The notes under the pieces were generated by a model. It did not search any database, was not told the DNA's origin, and saw only the letters and a list, made by a program, of their open reading frames with translations. The position numbers and the translations under genes were made by a program. A DNA stretch of 60,395 bases, counting the filler, from Sluysia triapertura (lineage: Eukaryota), in the NCBI GenBank assembly GCA_046118255.1. It is 5 parts of 5 records of this genome, joined end to end, with 100 filler letters (N's around TTAATTAATTAA, not from the genome) between each part and the next. Parts side by side here need not be neighbours in the genome. Positions count along the whole stretch, not along the records: positions 35,006 to 48,444 come from JBJNIA010039582.1; positions 48,545 to 60,395 come from JBJNIA010163926.1; 3 more parts are not named here. One strand, 5' to 3'. Of the stretch, positions 36,412 to 50,460 are shown piece after piece; position 1 is the first letter of the stretch, and the number at the start of each line of letters is the position of its first letter.

Positions 36412-39264
36412 TTTTTATAATACACGAAAGTTAAAATTTATATTGTTGTAAATACTAAATTGCAAAGTATTCGAATTTCTTGAAATATGTTTTCAATTAT
36501 AAAATTTGTTAAAAGTATTGTGGTGAACACTAATCATAAACACGATCTTAGACAAATATTAATACAATCTAACACGATTCTTATAAATAAAAATTTAAAC
36601 AAGCTTCAACGCAATCTTATAAAAATTTCAAATCAACATATATAAAACACAAACACAATTTTCATAGTAATACACCACGTTTTAACAATCAAAATTTATC
36701 ATACTTGTTTAAATTTTATGACTAGAAATATTATTGATGTTCCTTAAACTTACTAATTTTATGTTCCCTGACATTTGTGATCATTTTTCTTACAAAATAT
36801 GTGTGTATTTTTATGAATAATACATTGTCGAAAAAGTCTTAAAGAATTACAAAATGTCTCAATTTCATGAAAATACAAAAGATTCTTTTGTCTCTTTAAA
36901 GAGACTTGTTCCAAATCTTCTTCTCTGGGCTTACAAAAGGTAACAATAATTCAAGGACCTTCTTCAATAAATCCTGTTACCATGTCAACTAATTATCAAA
37001 ATTCCAGCAATCTGATTATGTTCAATTCTACGGGAAGTCCATAAAAATAATTCTAATTTATGATTATTCAAACAAAATAAATTGCAAATGTTAACATCTT
37101 TTAGATATTCCCATACTCACAGTACGACTTCCATTTTTAAACAACTTAATATGAATAAATTTGATTTTTTATTAATAACAATGTCATACTAATAATATGG
37201 AAAATCATTCGTCTCAAATAAGTATACTTCTATTTTACTTAAACTTCCATTAGATTCGTTTTTAACTGCTTCCACCGTTACTACTTCTACTAGTACTTTT
37301 ACTAAAACACGAGTATGAGATCCTTCTTTAGGAAATATAACCTCTATCCACCATAATATTCATTTAGAAAGTGTGTTTTGATCTCTTCTTCAACACACAA
37401 TTTGGATGCCAACAACAATTTGGAAACTAATATAAATGTGCTTAAATGTTTGGCTTCAGTACAAAGTAGTCATCAAAGCAAGGTTGATTTATTACATCAT
37501 ACTCTCTTGATGTATGACAATGAACTTATAACAAAACCATACAGTAAGCATCCTTCCAAAGTACATTTAAAATTAACTTAATGAAGCTAATTAAAAAACG
37601 ATTTTCGAAGTTATATTTGATGAAAGATGCAGTCAAAACATATAATTTATAATACGATAAAAATTGTGCATTGAATATTAACAAGTATAAAGTAAAAAAC
37701 CATTATTTTAATTAAGAAAAAAATTATGTATGATAAAGTGATTCTGAATCCAAGATCAAAAAGGCAAAATTGATATACTGCATATTGGAAATAGTTCTAT
37801 AGTGCTAAGAGTTAGTGTAAAGAGAAAAGATAAAATTTAAATTTAAATTGATGGTTATACGAGGAAATATATTTGTTGAATCAACAAAGTAGGACTAATG
37901 TTATAATAAAATACTAACAAAATTGTAAATGTAATAATAATAAATTTAATAACAATAAAATTCTCCTATAATAATGATAATAATTTTAATAATATAAAAA
38001 TAGTACTTGTAATATATAATAACAATAATAACGATATAATCACGTTATTAGGATAGAAGCCTAGATTTTATTATTGAAAAAAGTCAACATAACTCAATCA
38101 TTAATATAATTTAGTAAAAAATCAATATTGCACTTAGTCATTTGTGAAAACTAAAAATTATTATCAAACATAATTTTAAATTACCGACCTTATATCTTAA
38201 AAAACTGTATATGGCTACAATTGTATAATAAAGCATGATATTTCATATTGTAATTTCATAATTTTTCTGAATTTATTTCAGATTTAAAATCAAATGTAAA
38301 TTTTATATTTATTTTCTAACGGTTTAAATACGTCATAAATTAATTAAAAACTTTTTAAATCAATTTAAAATTTTATTTTAAATTGCTAAATTACAACTGT
38401 TCACATACTTATAGCTTACATACATATATTGTTACTTGCATTAAACTTTAGTTATAAAATATACGATTATTATGATCAATTATAATTAATTTTTAGTCTA
38501 ACTACCCTCAAATATTAAAATTAAGCGTGCCATTTTTATAATTCTTTTTTAATAGGATTCAAAACATAAATGGTTAAAGTTTTATAGCTTATGTTCATAA
38601 AGTGTTTTGTGTAAGACTCAGATCTCTTAAATTATTAAAAACAATTGTGATTGTAGACTTACATTATGAAATCACATCATATTTACGTGTTACAGTCAGA
38701 AAATACTTCATAATATATAAAACCAATTAATTGTATTTATCATTATCAAGAGATAGGTAACTTTATTTGGCTTCCTGACGTTATTATATTATCTTACCAA
38801 ATGGTTTTCGTCCAAAGTGAACTCAAAGAGATTGCGATATCTTGAACTTGTGCAAAATATCGGCATCAATGTAACGAGAAAAGTAAAAAATGAATAACCT
38901 TCTTCACTGATTATAATTGGTTGAACATTTTTCATTTTAACGACAGTGTGTAAAAAGCCTTGCATTAGATTTAACTAGTTTGGGAGGATACTTTCCTGGT
39001 ACCGGGTACTTGAGTTATTTTGATTACTTTTAATTTTTATAGTTTTAATTATTATCAAATGAACAATGTTACTAAATTTATTGCAAAGAAAATTAACCTA
39101 AGGTTCAATATATTTATTATTCATGGTAAATACAAATATACAAAATTTTTGTTTAGAGTTGATTGAATATGCTATTTCATATCTTCAATCGACCCTATGA
39201 ATATAAATGATAAAATAAAATAATGAGTAATAAAAATTAATAACTGATCAATAAAACTAAAATT

Positions 39265-40041
39265 TACTTCGACGAAGTTTCGTTGTTACGGTACTGTTCA
39301 GCTTTTGCGTTGAATTCATCTTCTTTAATTTGTGACCGAGGAAGACTACAGGTCCCAATTCATGTATTGTGTGTGGATAACGACAGGACTTTCCATTTTT
39401 GACTCATAGGCCAGAAATTGAAGTTTCATAAGGACTTCAATGCTGATTTGAAAAAAATTGAATTATCATCAAACTTTCAACTATCGTCACTTTTAACATT
39501 AAATGATATTGAATGATTATGAGGAACTGATGCGACTTTATTATTACTACATGGTAGGATAAAAATATTAGGTGTTTGGATTACATTCGGAATCGAGCGT
39601 CCAATTAGTGCTAAGTTAAGTATTACTGGAACTAGAAAAATAAGATAAAACCGGTTGGAATAACGAATATTGTGCATTATGATTCATTACGTTATACTTA
39701 TTTAGCAAATCAAAATCTTTATTTCTTTCATTTGACTCAAGATTTTCGACACCTTTTTGTAATATGGTTGAAGTTGATAGATCATTATCTTTCGAAGTTG
39801 GGATAAGATCACATAATTCTGTATAACTACTATTAACACTAGCATGTTACTTTGTCTCACATTGGCTATAGAAATTCTTTCTCAATTTTAAATCATCTGA
39901 TAAATCATCATGCGTATTAGAACTTGAGTACGAATGAGCTTGATGATGATCATTGTCTTCATAATAATCTTCAAAATCATAATCATCATTATCATGATCG
40001 TCGTCGAAACTGTTTAGATCTTTAAATTTCTCCTGAGACAT
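39265..40041 (-). pseudogene. Possible decayed coding region of unknown product (acidic, His-rich N-terminus)
   Basis: The frame of ORF 39847-40041 stays open ~75 more codons after its stop and overlaps ORF 39477-39677; donor-like gtaaat near 39265. Confidence 0.3.
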
Positions 40042-40345
40042 TTAGAACATCGAAGCTTGTTTTAAAAGTATTATTGATTTAAAATTCTAAAAAACTTTTG
40101 ACTAAAGAGATTGAAAAACCTTTTTTAACGAATTATTATTTATTTTTTTGTTTAATAATTGTTTTCGACTCCAAATAACTCAACTCGAATTAGTCGACCA
40201 ATAAGAGAAGATAGGTTACTGACATACAACTAATTTGTTGTTAGAAAATAATTTGTAGAGTTGATATAAATTGTCAGATGATGACAGTTTTGAAATTACT
40301 TTTTTGGACAGCAACTGTCAAACTTGACAGTATGAAATAATTAAT

Positions 40346-40507
40346 NNNNNNNNNNNNNNNNNNNNNNNNNNNNNNNNNNNNNNNNNNNNNNNNNNNNNNN
40401 NNNNNNNNNNNNNNNNNNNNNNNNNNNNNNNNNNNNNNNNNNNNNNNNNNNNNNNNNNNNNNNNNNNNNNNNNNNNNNNNNNNNNNNNNNNNNNNNNNNN
40501 NNNNNNN
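40346..40507. other. Ordinary scaffold gap (162 N, no linker)
   Basis: N run without TTAATTAATTAA. Confidence 0.95.
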
Positions 40508-42312
40508 TAAACTTGACATATATTCTTCCTTTTTCTTAAAATTTAATATTCTTTATCTTGAAACTAATAATAATGAATCTTTTAAAATGTATTTTTTCTC
40601 TGAACCTGTTTCGTTATATACTTAATAGTATTGTTTCGTATCTTACAAATTTGTTCTTGATGTTCTTTTAATGTTTCGGTTGCTTGTCTGTATTTTAGGT
40701 ATTACAAAGCGTTCAAATAGTTAAATTTGATATTCATGTTGCGAAATTATTGTTAACGGAAGAATATATGTCATGGTAAAAATATAAAAAGAGATTAGTG
40801 AAATGAGAACTGTTAAAAGAAATTCCATTTACATTATTGTTGTAAGATAAATATGAAATACAATTTTAATGATTATTGATGTAATAAAAGTTGAAATATT
40901 ATGAAATGTGGTTTTTAGTGTGACGTGTTGAATTTAAAATTTTAAGTGATAAGGTTGGCCACCACAACCTTATAAGTTATTTTAGAGACATTCAGTTTAG
41001 TTTTACATTTGGTCTAATATTTATATATGAATGCTTTGTTAAGGTAATTGGTTATTTGATTTATATTTAGAGGTATAATTATTATAATTAATTCTGTTTA
41101 ATGTTACATTATTTGATAAATTAAGTGAAGTTAATTCTTATTTTGAAAGTTACGTAATAAAAGTAATCGATAATACTCTTTAAAGATATGACATTTCTAT
41201 AAATAGAAATATTATAAACTAATACAAAATAATTATTCTATAGATAAAAACATTAATTACAAAGCGAATAATCAATATAACAGCAATTAAAGTGTATCAA
41301 ACCTAGAAGAAATAGTATCTACGACAAAAACGGAAATTTTGCTTTATATAAACATCTGACACTAATTTTAGTTATTTTTAGTTATTTTTTTCAAATATAT
41401 TTAAAATCAATTATAATAAGATATGCGAGAAGGTACTTTATTACGTTTACACAATATTTACGCGAAACACATTGAAGATGATTGCAAAAAATAAATTTAA
41501 ATGTCTATTATGATGTTGTTACTAGTATTTTTTTTGATTTATGTATATGTGAAATAAAATTAAGTTGCTGTGGTTGAATGAGAGTTTAGTTGTAATTGAC
41601 TTATGTTTCTGAGATAGTTGTTAGCATTGTTTTGATGTTATTATATTTATGATTTATGAAGTTTATGCTGTGATTATGACTTGTTTGATGAAGTATTTAG
41701 TGAGTAAATGTTATGAATTGTTTGAAGTGAATGTTAAGTTAGATATGGTTGAAGTATAAATTGATTTGTTGTTGAATATAAGCTAGTGAGGTATTGTGAT
41801 TGTGGAATGTTGTTTTGTAAGATTTGTGATGATGCAATTGTAAAATAAAGATATGACTGTTGAGAAGATGGTATTTTAATTAGATTAAGTTCGGAATTGT
41901 TGAATTTCAATTTACGTTATTAATGTTGACCACTACACAGGGTGGATCAAACATTAGTAGACAATTTCAGAAAATAAATACTGCAGTGATGCGATAATAA
42001 CATTTTATACGAACATTTTGAATTGGTGAATATTTTAATATATAAATATGTTTAATAATTTTATTATAATTTTATAGCTATGTAAATTTTATTCAGCTTC
42101 AATTATCTAGACCTTTAATATCAAAAGCACAGTACACATAGTGACTAAAAAATAATTAACAGCAAAAAACAAAATTTCATTACTCTTTTAACGATTACAT
42201 TGTGTTAATCAATTTTTGATGGAAAATATTAACTTTACTCGAAGAATTCTTTATTGATTTTTATGGATATCGTTAGTTTTCGTCTAATAGTATTTGCAAT
42301 TTTTAACCGCTG

Positions 42313-42313
<1 letters not shown>

Positions 42314-42378
<65 letters not shown>
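42314..42378. repeat. (ATT)n microsatellite
   Basis: Direct reading. Confidence 0.95.
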
Positions 42379-43165
42379 TATACTTATTAGTTAATCAAGT
42401 AACATAATAGAATATTCTTCAAAATCTAAAACTACAAGATTATTGAATTAAAAGATAATCTTAATAAATTATTATTGTATGTATTATTTGTAATTTATAT
42501 GTTTAGTCATTTTTAACTAATCCGTATTTGATTAATAAACTTTACTTATTATTAAGAGTAAAATAATATAATAATAGCTTTTTAAAGAAGACAACATAAA
42601 TATACGAGAAGAAACTATTGTAAAATACAAATAAAGCTCTATTTAAAACTAGCATAAAAATTCATAAATTAATCCTTAAAGAAATATTTAAAAGATTAAT
42701 ATAAATTACACATTTAAAAAGAAACCATAGTAAAATAATCAAAAAGTTTTAATTAAAAGATGCGTAAAATAATTCATAAAATAATCTTTAAAAATATATC
42801 CCAAAAAATCAAACAAACAATAAAATTTTTCAAGATGTGACCAAAAAGGAAATATTAGTAAACTATTCTTTTCAAGGTTTTATTTGAAATAAATATTTAT
42901 TTATTTGAAACCTTAATAAAATATTTAAAACGAAACCGTAATAAAATGTACTATTTTTTCAAGGTCTCATTTAAGTAAAGTGATCTGAGTAATTTTAGAA
43001 AATAATCCTTGATTAGTTTTATAACAAAAACCCAGAATTTATAACTTGCAAAAACTCTTAGGAAATAAGCCTTAAGGTTACAGTTATAGACAAAACTAAG
43101 AAATAAGATATAATCTTTATTATTCCAGTATTCAATTTAGTGATTCTTTACCTCCAGTAAGCTCA

Positions 43166-43166
<1 letters not shown>

Positions 43167-43220
<54 letters not shown>
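43167..43220. repeat. (ATT)n microsatellite
   Basis: Direct reading. Confidence 0.95.
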
Positions 43221-43223
<3 letters not shown>

Positions 43224-43494
43224 ATTTCGAGGACAATTGTAAGGAAGTCTCTATAGAAAGCAGAACTTTTTCACAATATTAATCTGTCTGATCACTAATC
43301 TTTTCTGTTAACATAGGTACCATTCCAAACAATTCAGGAAATTATTGTTTTACAGTTATAATTATAATTTATTATAATTATGTTTTAATTGAATTACTAC
43401 CAGAATATATATAATGAATAAATTAAAAGAAGTACTTTCATAAGAAAATATTGCATAATTATGTCTCTTTGAAGTAATTCCTTGTATGTCGAAT

Positions 43495-43783
43495 ATAATG
43501 ATAATAATAATGATAATAATAATGATAATAATCGTAATCATAATAACAATAATGATAATAACCATAAAAATAATCATAATAATAATGATCATAATAATCA
43601 TAATAATAATGATCATAATTATAATCATAATAACAATAACGATAATAATCATAATAATAATGATCATAATAATGATAATAATAATCATTATAACAATAAC
43701 AATAATAACTATAACAATAATCATAATAATAATGATCATAATAATCATAATAACCATAATAATAATGATAATAATAATGATAA
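43495..43783. repeat. Compound AAT/GAT/CAT/AAC trinucleotide repeat (~290 bp)
   Basis: Direct reading; source of the spurious poly-Ile and poly-Asn ORFs. Confidence 0.95.
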
Positions 43784-44579
43784 TTGTTGCAACGTAAACC
43801 ATTAACATCGTTAACTCTTTCTATCGTTGATTGAAATATAATAATTTACACTGTAACTTATAATTTGATAAATTTATATCTTACATTTTCATATCGTTAA
43901 AAGCATCTCTTCTTTTCACATAAATTTCTAAATTTTTAAATATTTAAATGTACAACCTTCAATTTGTTTTAAATAATTAAAATTTTAAATTACAATGTAC
44001 TTTAAATAGTAAATCTGACATTATAACTGATTCGAATTCACTTTATCCACATACAATACATTTTCTTTTAGTTAAAGATATTATGTTTGACATTAAATTT
44101 AAATTTAGTTATTTTTACTTTCATAATAAACTTATCTCCATGTTATTTTTCTGTTACTTAACAAAAGGATTCAAATAATTCAATATTACATAAGATTTGA
44201 TCATGAAAAACTACAATAAATAATATTTAATTGATAAAAGTTATTTTAAATAGCTTTAATTAACTCATAAATAACATCTTGTAAATTCAAATCTCAAAAA
44301 ACAAAATAAGATTCAACAGAAATTATCACAAATAATACAATTGATCAATTATCACAAAATAAAAGTCAATTATTCAAATAATTGTTACAATGACAGTTCA
44401 AATAACCGTCAAGTAACAATAATGAGATAAAAATTGTACGAGTTTTAAATTACACCCTTGTAGTAGTTTTCAAATCTACAAAATTACTCTAAGAGACATT
44501 TCTAGTAATAATCTATTATTTTTTTTATTATAACTTTTGATTAATTGTATTTCTTATGCTATGGTTTTCTTAAAGCTAA

Positions 44580-45232
44580 ACCAATGGTAAAATAAAAATT
44601 GAGCAGGGTTCGGTTACAGTAAACATCTTAAAACTGGATAAGTTAATAATTTTACTATAATTTCTCGAAAAAACGCTTTAGCACATTCGTAACTTAATGA
44701 TTTCTAAGAGGGTCTAAAAAATAAAAACTCAACTTTAATTATGTTAAATTAAATACAATATTAAAAGTAACTAAAATTCAACAGACAAGATTTAAACAAT
44801 GAGCTACAAAAAAATAAAAATTCAAATGTTATTTTAAGATTAATATCTTTTGGGATCTTTAATCTACTCCCCTCAATATACCAATGATTAATTTCTAATT
44901 TTAAGTGTATTTTATAATTCTGATTTAAGAAAAATCAAAATAAAATAATTTAACCTTTCATGGAATAAACAGATAAAAATGGAACGAGACGGAGGCGCTG
45001 ACTATTGATAAATTGAATTATACTTGTAAAATAGCTATTTTCACTAACTGATGCTAGTTTATATATTAGTCATAAGCTAATGAAAATGTATGAAATATTC
45101 CGGAACATTATAGAAGCTTATATTCTATTTTTAGAAGCGAATTTTCTTTTTAGGAATTTTATTTTGTAAGTGTTTTTAGGGATTTATAAATAATTTTAAA
45201 ACATTTTAGAGGGTCGTGATGACAACCTCGCA
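44580..45232 (-). mobile_element. LTR-like repeat family A, copy 3
   Basis: Minus strand starts TGCGAGGTTGTCATCACGACCC at 45232; gagcagggttcggttacagtaa at 44601; degenerate HSE block 45093-45120. Confidence 0.75.
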
Positions 45233-45442
45233 GTTACGATTGAATAATATAATTTGTATATATATTTTGACGTCTTTTATATAATATACTTTCAGTTGGT
45301 ATCTTATTTTAAAGAAAAGACATTTGAACTAAAAGTACATCCTACGGATATTTCACATTAGGTGTAAATCGTAGATTGTAGACGAATCCTAATTTTAACT
45401 ATTTGCAATTTATTTAATAGTATAGTATTTAATAATTAAATA

Positions 45443-46412
45443 CTACCTCTGTTCAAAAATGATTGTCTCATTTGACATTTATTGCTAACTTAACAATATA
45501 TAAGATGACAAAAAGTCAACGCCGGGTAAAAGGACGGTTAAGCCGATATAAAAATAAAATATTTTTTAGATTTCATAAATTAAAATCGATCATTTTTCAT
45601 GAGTCATCGATTTTTTAGTAAGCAATTATTTTTTTATTTAATAATACCAAATAAAGGTCACAACGCGCTAATTATGCTAATATTGTAAACTGTTTACGAA
45701 CTTATTTTCAAAAAAATTAATTTAATTAACTATATTATTTAATTTTTGACAAACAGCATTATGAAAAATCGTGTATGATCACATGTACAATAGGAATGGC
45801 ATAACTTACTTTTCAAAGTTTTCGCTCAAACTTTAAATGTCCTCCTTATGTTATTCCATATGTTGTATCGCTTCTAAGTAAATAACTATTTTATTATTTT
45901 TAAAATAAGTAAACTTTTTACACAGTTCTTTATTGTGTAATTTTGATTTTTTTGCCTTTTTTACTATTTTTTTAATTCGCAGTAAACTTGTATATTCTTG
46001 TGTGAAAACCTAGACCCGGCCCTGCGATAAGTCATTTGTTTATGAACAATAGAGAATCATAAAATCATAAAATAATGTTTGGGAAGTAATTATTCACTTT
46101 ATAATAATTGTATAAATAACTAGCAATTTCTGAAATAACTCGCTGCTATTTTCTTATCAGTCCAAATAACTTTAAATCATGGAAATCAAATGTTCTGAAT
46201 TAAAGTACAGAAATTTAAATGCCATCTAACATTAATAAATTGCCAAAAGGAACAAATAACATACAATTTGGAAGCAACTGAAACTGCTCGCAATGTATTA
46301 CGAGATATATGTAATAATATAATTTGTAATAAATAAATTCATAAATAAAAAAGTCGTCTACAGCCAAATTGTATATAAAACTAACGAGATAATCATTTTT
46401 AAACGGAGGTAG
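45443..46412 (-). mobile_element. Tc1/mariner-superfamily non-autonomous element with Stowaway-type TIRs and TA TSD
   Basis: TA-CTACCTCTGTTCAAAAATGATTGTCTC ... GAGATAATCATTTTTAAACGGAGGTAG-TA; minus-strand transposase scraps (RRAGS, GGHL). Confidence 0.85.
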
Positions 46413-46739
46413 TAACGCTTATATACACTCAGAAGCGCTTAAAATAAATAATTCTTTTTCTTAAGTATTTCATATTCTTCGATTGGTGTTTGTAAACATT
46501 TTAAACACAAAGGGTTATATAACTTAGCATTGATTATTATTATTTATCAATGAATGAACAATTATTTAATTATTCGTGATGACTTACACAATTCCAAATT
46601 AACGAGTCGAAATTGTGAAGAATATTTTATTTTATTTTCAATGAAACTAATTAAATACGAAAATTATACAAACGATTAAAAGATCGAGTTTTTTGGATCT
46701 TAAATCGTCCATATCTTTGATTTAATGAAAAATACTTAC

Positions 46740-46988
46740 ATAAACGATATAGTTGAATAATTTGCACATAACCAATCCATAAATCCATGAATTTGATACA
46801 TAAAACATCACCGTTACGGGGACTACTGACAACAAAAATACCATATCTGATGCTGCCAAACCGACACTGAATACTTCGTAAACTTGCTTATTTTTAAACG
46901 GTACTAAAATAATCAATGCAAACGCATTTCCAATAAATCCAATCACTGCTACCGAAATAGGTAATATTATTAAATTTTTCAAATTCAT
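46740..46988 (-). CDS. Rhodopsin-family peptide GPCR (allatostatin-A/galanin-receptor-like), TM1-TM3 exon
   Basis: GFIGN (TM1), LAASD..LL..VP (TM2), WIYGLVMCKLFNY (ECL1/TM3), then a gtaagt donor. Confidence 0.88.
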
Positions 46989-47694
46989 CTTCACTGACAC
47001 AATATCGTATAATAAAAGTACATTTTTTGAATTTTTTTGGATTAATCAAACTTTGCGAGTAATACGTATATTATGTACGAAAATAATCAATATAAACAAA
47101 TATTTATATATATGAAAAAAAATAATTCAAAATAAAAGCAATGACATTCGATATTCGATGAAAATTTATAAAGTGTGCGTGTTTATGTTTGGTGTTAATT
47201 TATCGTCGTTGATTTAATTGTTTACTCAAATATTTTTTGGTAAACCGATATAACTGACAAGAATACTAATGATAATTTTGAAAACAGAAATTTATTTCCT
47301 TTTTTTGTGTAAATTAAAAACTGCTATTGGAAATTATGACAAATAATATTCAAATAATGTTTTGATTGGTAAATATAGTTTAATATTGTTTTATTATTAT
47401 TGTTTGTAAAATATTTAAATAAATAAAATAAGAAGCGATAGAACGTTTTTCAACATTTTAAAGATATTTGTAAATTAGGAAATGATAATAGTGTCACAAT
47501 ATAATGCTTTATTTAACTTTTTTGTAGCATAAGAAGCATATGGGATTCCCAACCAATAGCGATTTCTGTATTTGAAAAATGTTGTATATTAATATAAATA
47601 AAGTTAAATTTGTATTAGTTTTTAATATTTAACCCTTAAACTACTTGTTTTAATTGTCGTTGCATATTTGTTGAGTATGCGTTGTTTATTTATG

Positions 47695-47916
47695 TTAGAA
47701 CTTGGCTGTATCAGTAGTATACAATATATGAGAGGATATTTTAGATTTGTTTGTATCATGTCCTAAACTATGATTATTATTACCTTCATTCAAATTTATA
47801 TATTTTTCGACTGTGGGTACATCAAAACACCTGTGCTTTGATGATTCAGACAGTGATGAAAAAGAATAGTGAGAGTAGTGGTCATAGTGGTGCTTAGCAA
47901 TTTTACTGCGGATTTT
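47695..47916 (-). CDS. Probable terminal coding exon of an unidentified gene
   Basis: tatatttcgcag| acceptor followed by 73 open codons KIRSKIAKHHY...DTAKF*. Confidence 0.4.
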   Translation of the reverse strand, partial: KIRSKIAKHHYDHYSHYSFSSLSESSKHRCFDVPTVEKYINLNEGNNNHSLGHDTNKSKISSHILYTTDTAKF

Positions 47917-48444
47917 CTGCGAAATATACAAATTTTTATTAGAAATTCAATTATTATATTCCAACTTAAACAAACAGTCCTCATTGTTTTGATTCTTAAG
48001 AGTTATGGCATGTAAAATATTGAAAATGTGTTGAATTATAATAAATCATATGTCAAATCTGGATTTAGAATTAAATTTATCAACCAATGAAATAACAGAT
48101 GATTCCTATTGTTCTAAAACAGTATAACACAATGGATTATTTGTGTACTAATTTTATTACAATTATTGATGATACTGATAACGACGAAAAATTATTTAAG
48201 TATATAATCCATTAATTAAAAATGATTGCACGACATACATATATAAAGTATATGTTATATATTGTATATAATTTATTATTAAACTTATTATTAATTTTAT
48301 AAATTAAAATAAAATTTGAATATTTTTTTCTTAATTACGTATTGTAAAATATTAAAAAGTTATTTAAATATAATAATAATAAAATAATAATAAAGAAAAA
48401 TATAATAATAAGGTCAAGGTATTAAATTATAAAATTTAAATAAT

Positions 48445-48544
48445 NNNNNNNNNNNNNNNNNNNNNNNNNNNNNNNNNNNNNNNNNNNNTTAATTAATTAA
48501 NNNNNNNNNNNNNNNNNNNNNNNNNNNNNNNNNNNNNNNNNNNN
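48445..48544. other. Artificial contig linker
   Basis: N44-TTAATTAATTAA-N44. Confidence 0.98.
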
Positions 48545-48888
48545 TTAACTAAATGGAGAAAAAGTATTGTAAAAGAATTAGCTTAAACCAAATGTTGTAC
48601 TAAATAATAAATCAATAAATTCATGTAGCTGACAAAATTTGAATCCAGAAAAGCTTATTGTGGAAAACAATGAAAATATAATCTGCACATTGTTATTCTA
48701 ACGTTTATCACATATGTTATCTTGGTTCTAGAAAAAATCTTTAAAATAATTAATTGAAATATTAATAAATAACAAAAGTTTTGATTATTTCTTTTTATGA
48801 AATTATAAAAATTAACTAAATGGAGAAAAAGTATTGTAAAAGAATTAGCTTAAACCAAATGTTGTACTAAATAATAAATCAATAAATT
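48545..48888. repeat. Exact ~77-bp direct repeat (48545-48621 / 48812-48888)
   Basis: ttaactaaatggagaaaaagtattg...aaatcaataaatt occurs twice, first copy at the segment edge. Confidence 0.85.
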
Positions 48889-50390
48889 AAAGATTAGAAA
48901 TTACGTACTTGTTGCGAATAATGTTTAGTAATAAATGAATATTAAGTATCATTATTGAAGTAAAACATAACTGCATACTAATGCTATACAATTTAAGATT
49001 AAATAAATGTAAAGAAATTATGCATAATTAATCTTTATTATACGAATGTTAGATATGTCTAACATTTAAATTGATGGTCAAAATAGACTATTGTTATAGT
49101 TATCTAACATTTATAAATTTTAATTCAAAAGACAAATATTATATATAAAACCGTAAGATTTCTTCATGAAAAATGGTTTCATTATGCAATATTGAGTTTA
49201 AAAAATCGGTTTCCACCACACCGCAGTTTTTATAAATTCGTTTACTAAAGGTTTTAATATACTGATAGCTTATGTGACTGAAATATATAATTCTAAGATA
49301 GAAAAATGAATACACACAAAATAAATGAGGGAAAATGAACCAGTGTAAGACATCTCAAATATTTTAAAATGTATCATTGTTTATTATATTTTAAATGTTA
49401 ATTAATTTTGATAAATTTTAATAACGTTTGACCTTAATAAAATTAATTGTTTTAAATTAATATTCATTTAAATAAAGTTTTAGTACTAGTTAGACAAATT
49501 ATACACAGTTTAAATTTAATTTAAAATGTTTTTTATTTAATGAAAAGTAAACAGAAAGTTTTCATTTTCAAATTAATTAATATTAATTAATTAATTTTAA
49601 AAAATTATACTACTAATAATAATTTTTTAAAGTAATTTCAGAATAAAATTAAATTAAATTATGGTTTAATAAAACCATTTTAAAATAAAACAACTAATTT
49701 TAAATAAAATTAATAATTAATTAATGTCACTTATGTACCTACCATTAACATTTTCAAAGTTCACAAATTTTGCTGAAATTTTAGTTTTATAGTACCAATA
49801 ACTTGAACTTAGAACAGTTTTGTTAATAATTGATTCATAAAAACTATAAACGATTTAAGCTTTAAAAGAATTGATGTAAATTAAAATAAATAAAAGTACT
49901 GATATAATTGTTGATAATTTCTTAAAATTATAAGAGTATATTTTACTTTAGAATTAAAAATATTAATTTTATTTAGTTTAGTTTTCATTAAATAAAAACT
50001 AAGTATAAGTAAATATGAGGCTTATTATGATTACATGTCTGTTTATTAATTAGTGGGCATAGTAATAAATGAAAACCAAAAAAAATTTTAATTTTTTTGT
50101 GAAATTTGTAATTAGCTTAATAAAATGTGTTTTGTTTTATTATTATATATTTTGTTTGAACATAATTCACAATAATTTGAATATCGATTTGAATGAAGTT
50201 TTTGTACTGGAAAAAGAAAAATATATATACTCAAGGAATGCCAATCGTATGCTACTATGAAGCATTTTATCAAATATTATTGGCAACAATGAAAATTAAA
50301 AAACACCTCGCATTTTTATCTTTAAGATAAAGCCCAACACATATACATCAATAAATACGAATAAATTGATCAGCAAATTAAAACATTCAC

Positions 50391-50460
50391 CGTAGAGTCC
50401 AGACTTGGTTTTTCAAACCACTTTAAGAAGTTCTTCAGGGGGCAGAAAGTGAAACCTTTC
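50391..50460 (-). CDS. Candidate small exon (KGFTFCPLKNFLKWFEKPSLDST), gene unknown
   Basis: GC-richer island bounded by ttcag| and |gtgaat on the minus strand, one open frame. Confidence 0.3.

Noticed and set aside
40274-40519. ORF spanning X residues
   Set aside because: Artefact of the N gap
43362-43808. Poly-Ile and poly-Asn ORFs (also 15638-15838 and 36195-36425)
   Set aside because: Translations of trinucleotide microsatellites
48545-48888. 77-bp exact direct repeat as a functional element
   Set aside because: First copy begins exactly at the contig edge; most simply an assembly-end artefact or local tandem duplication
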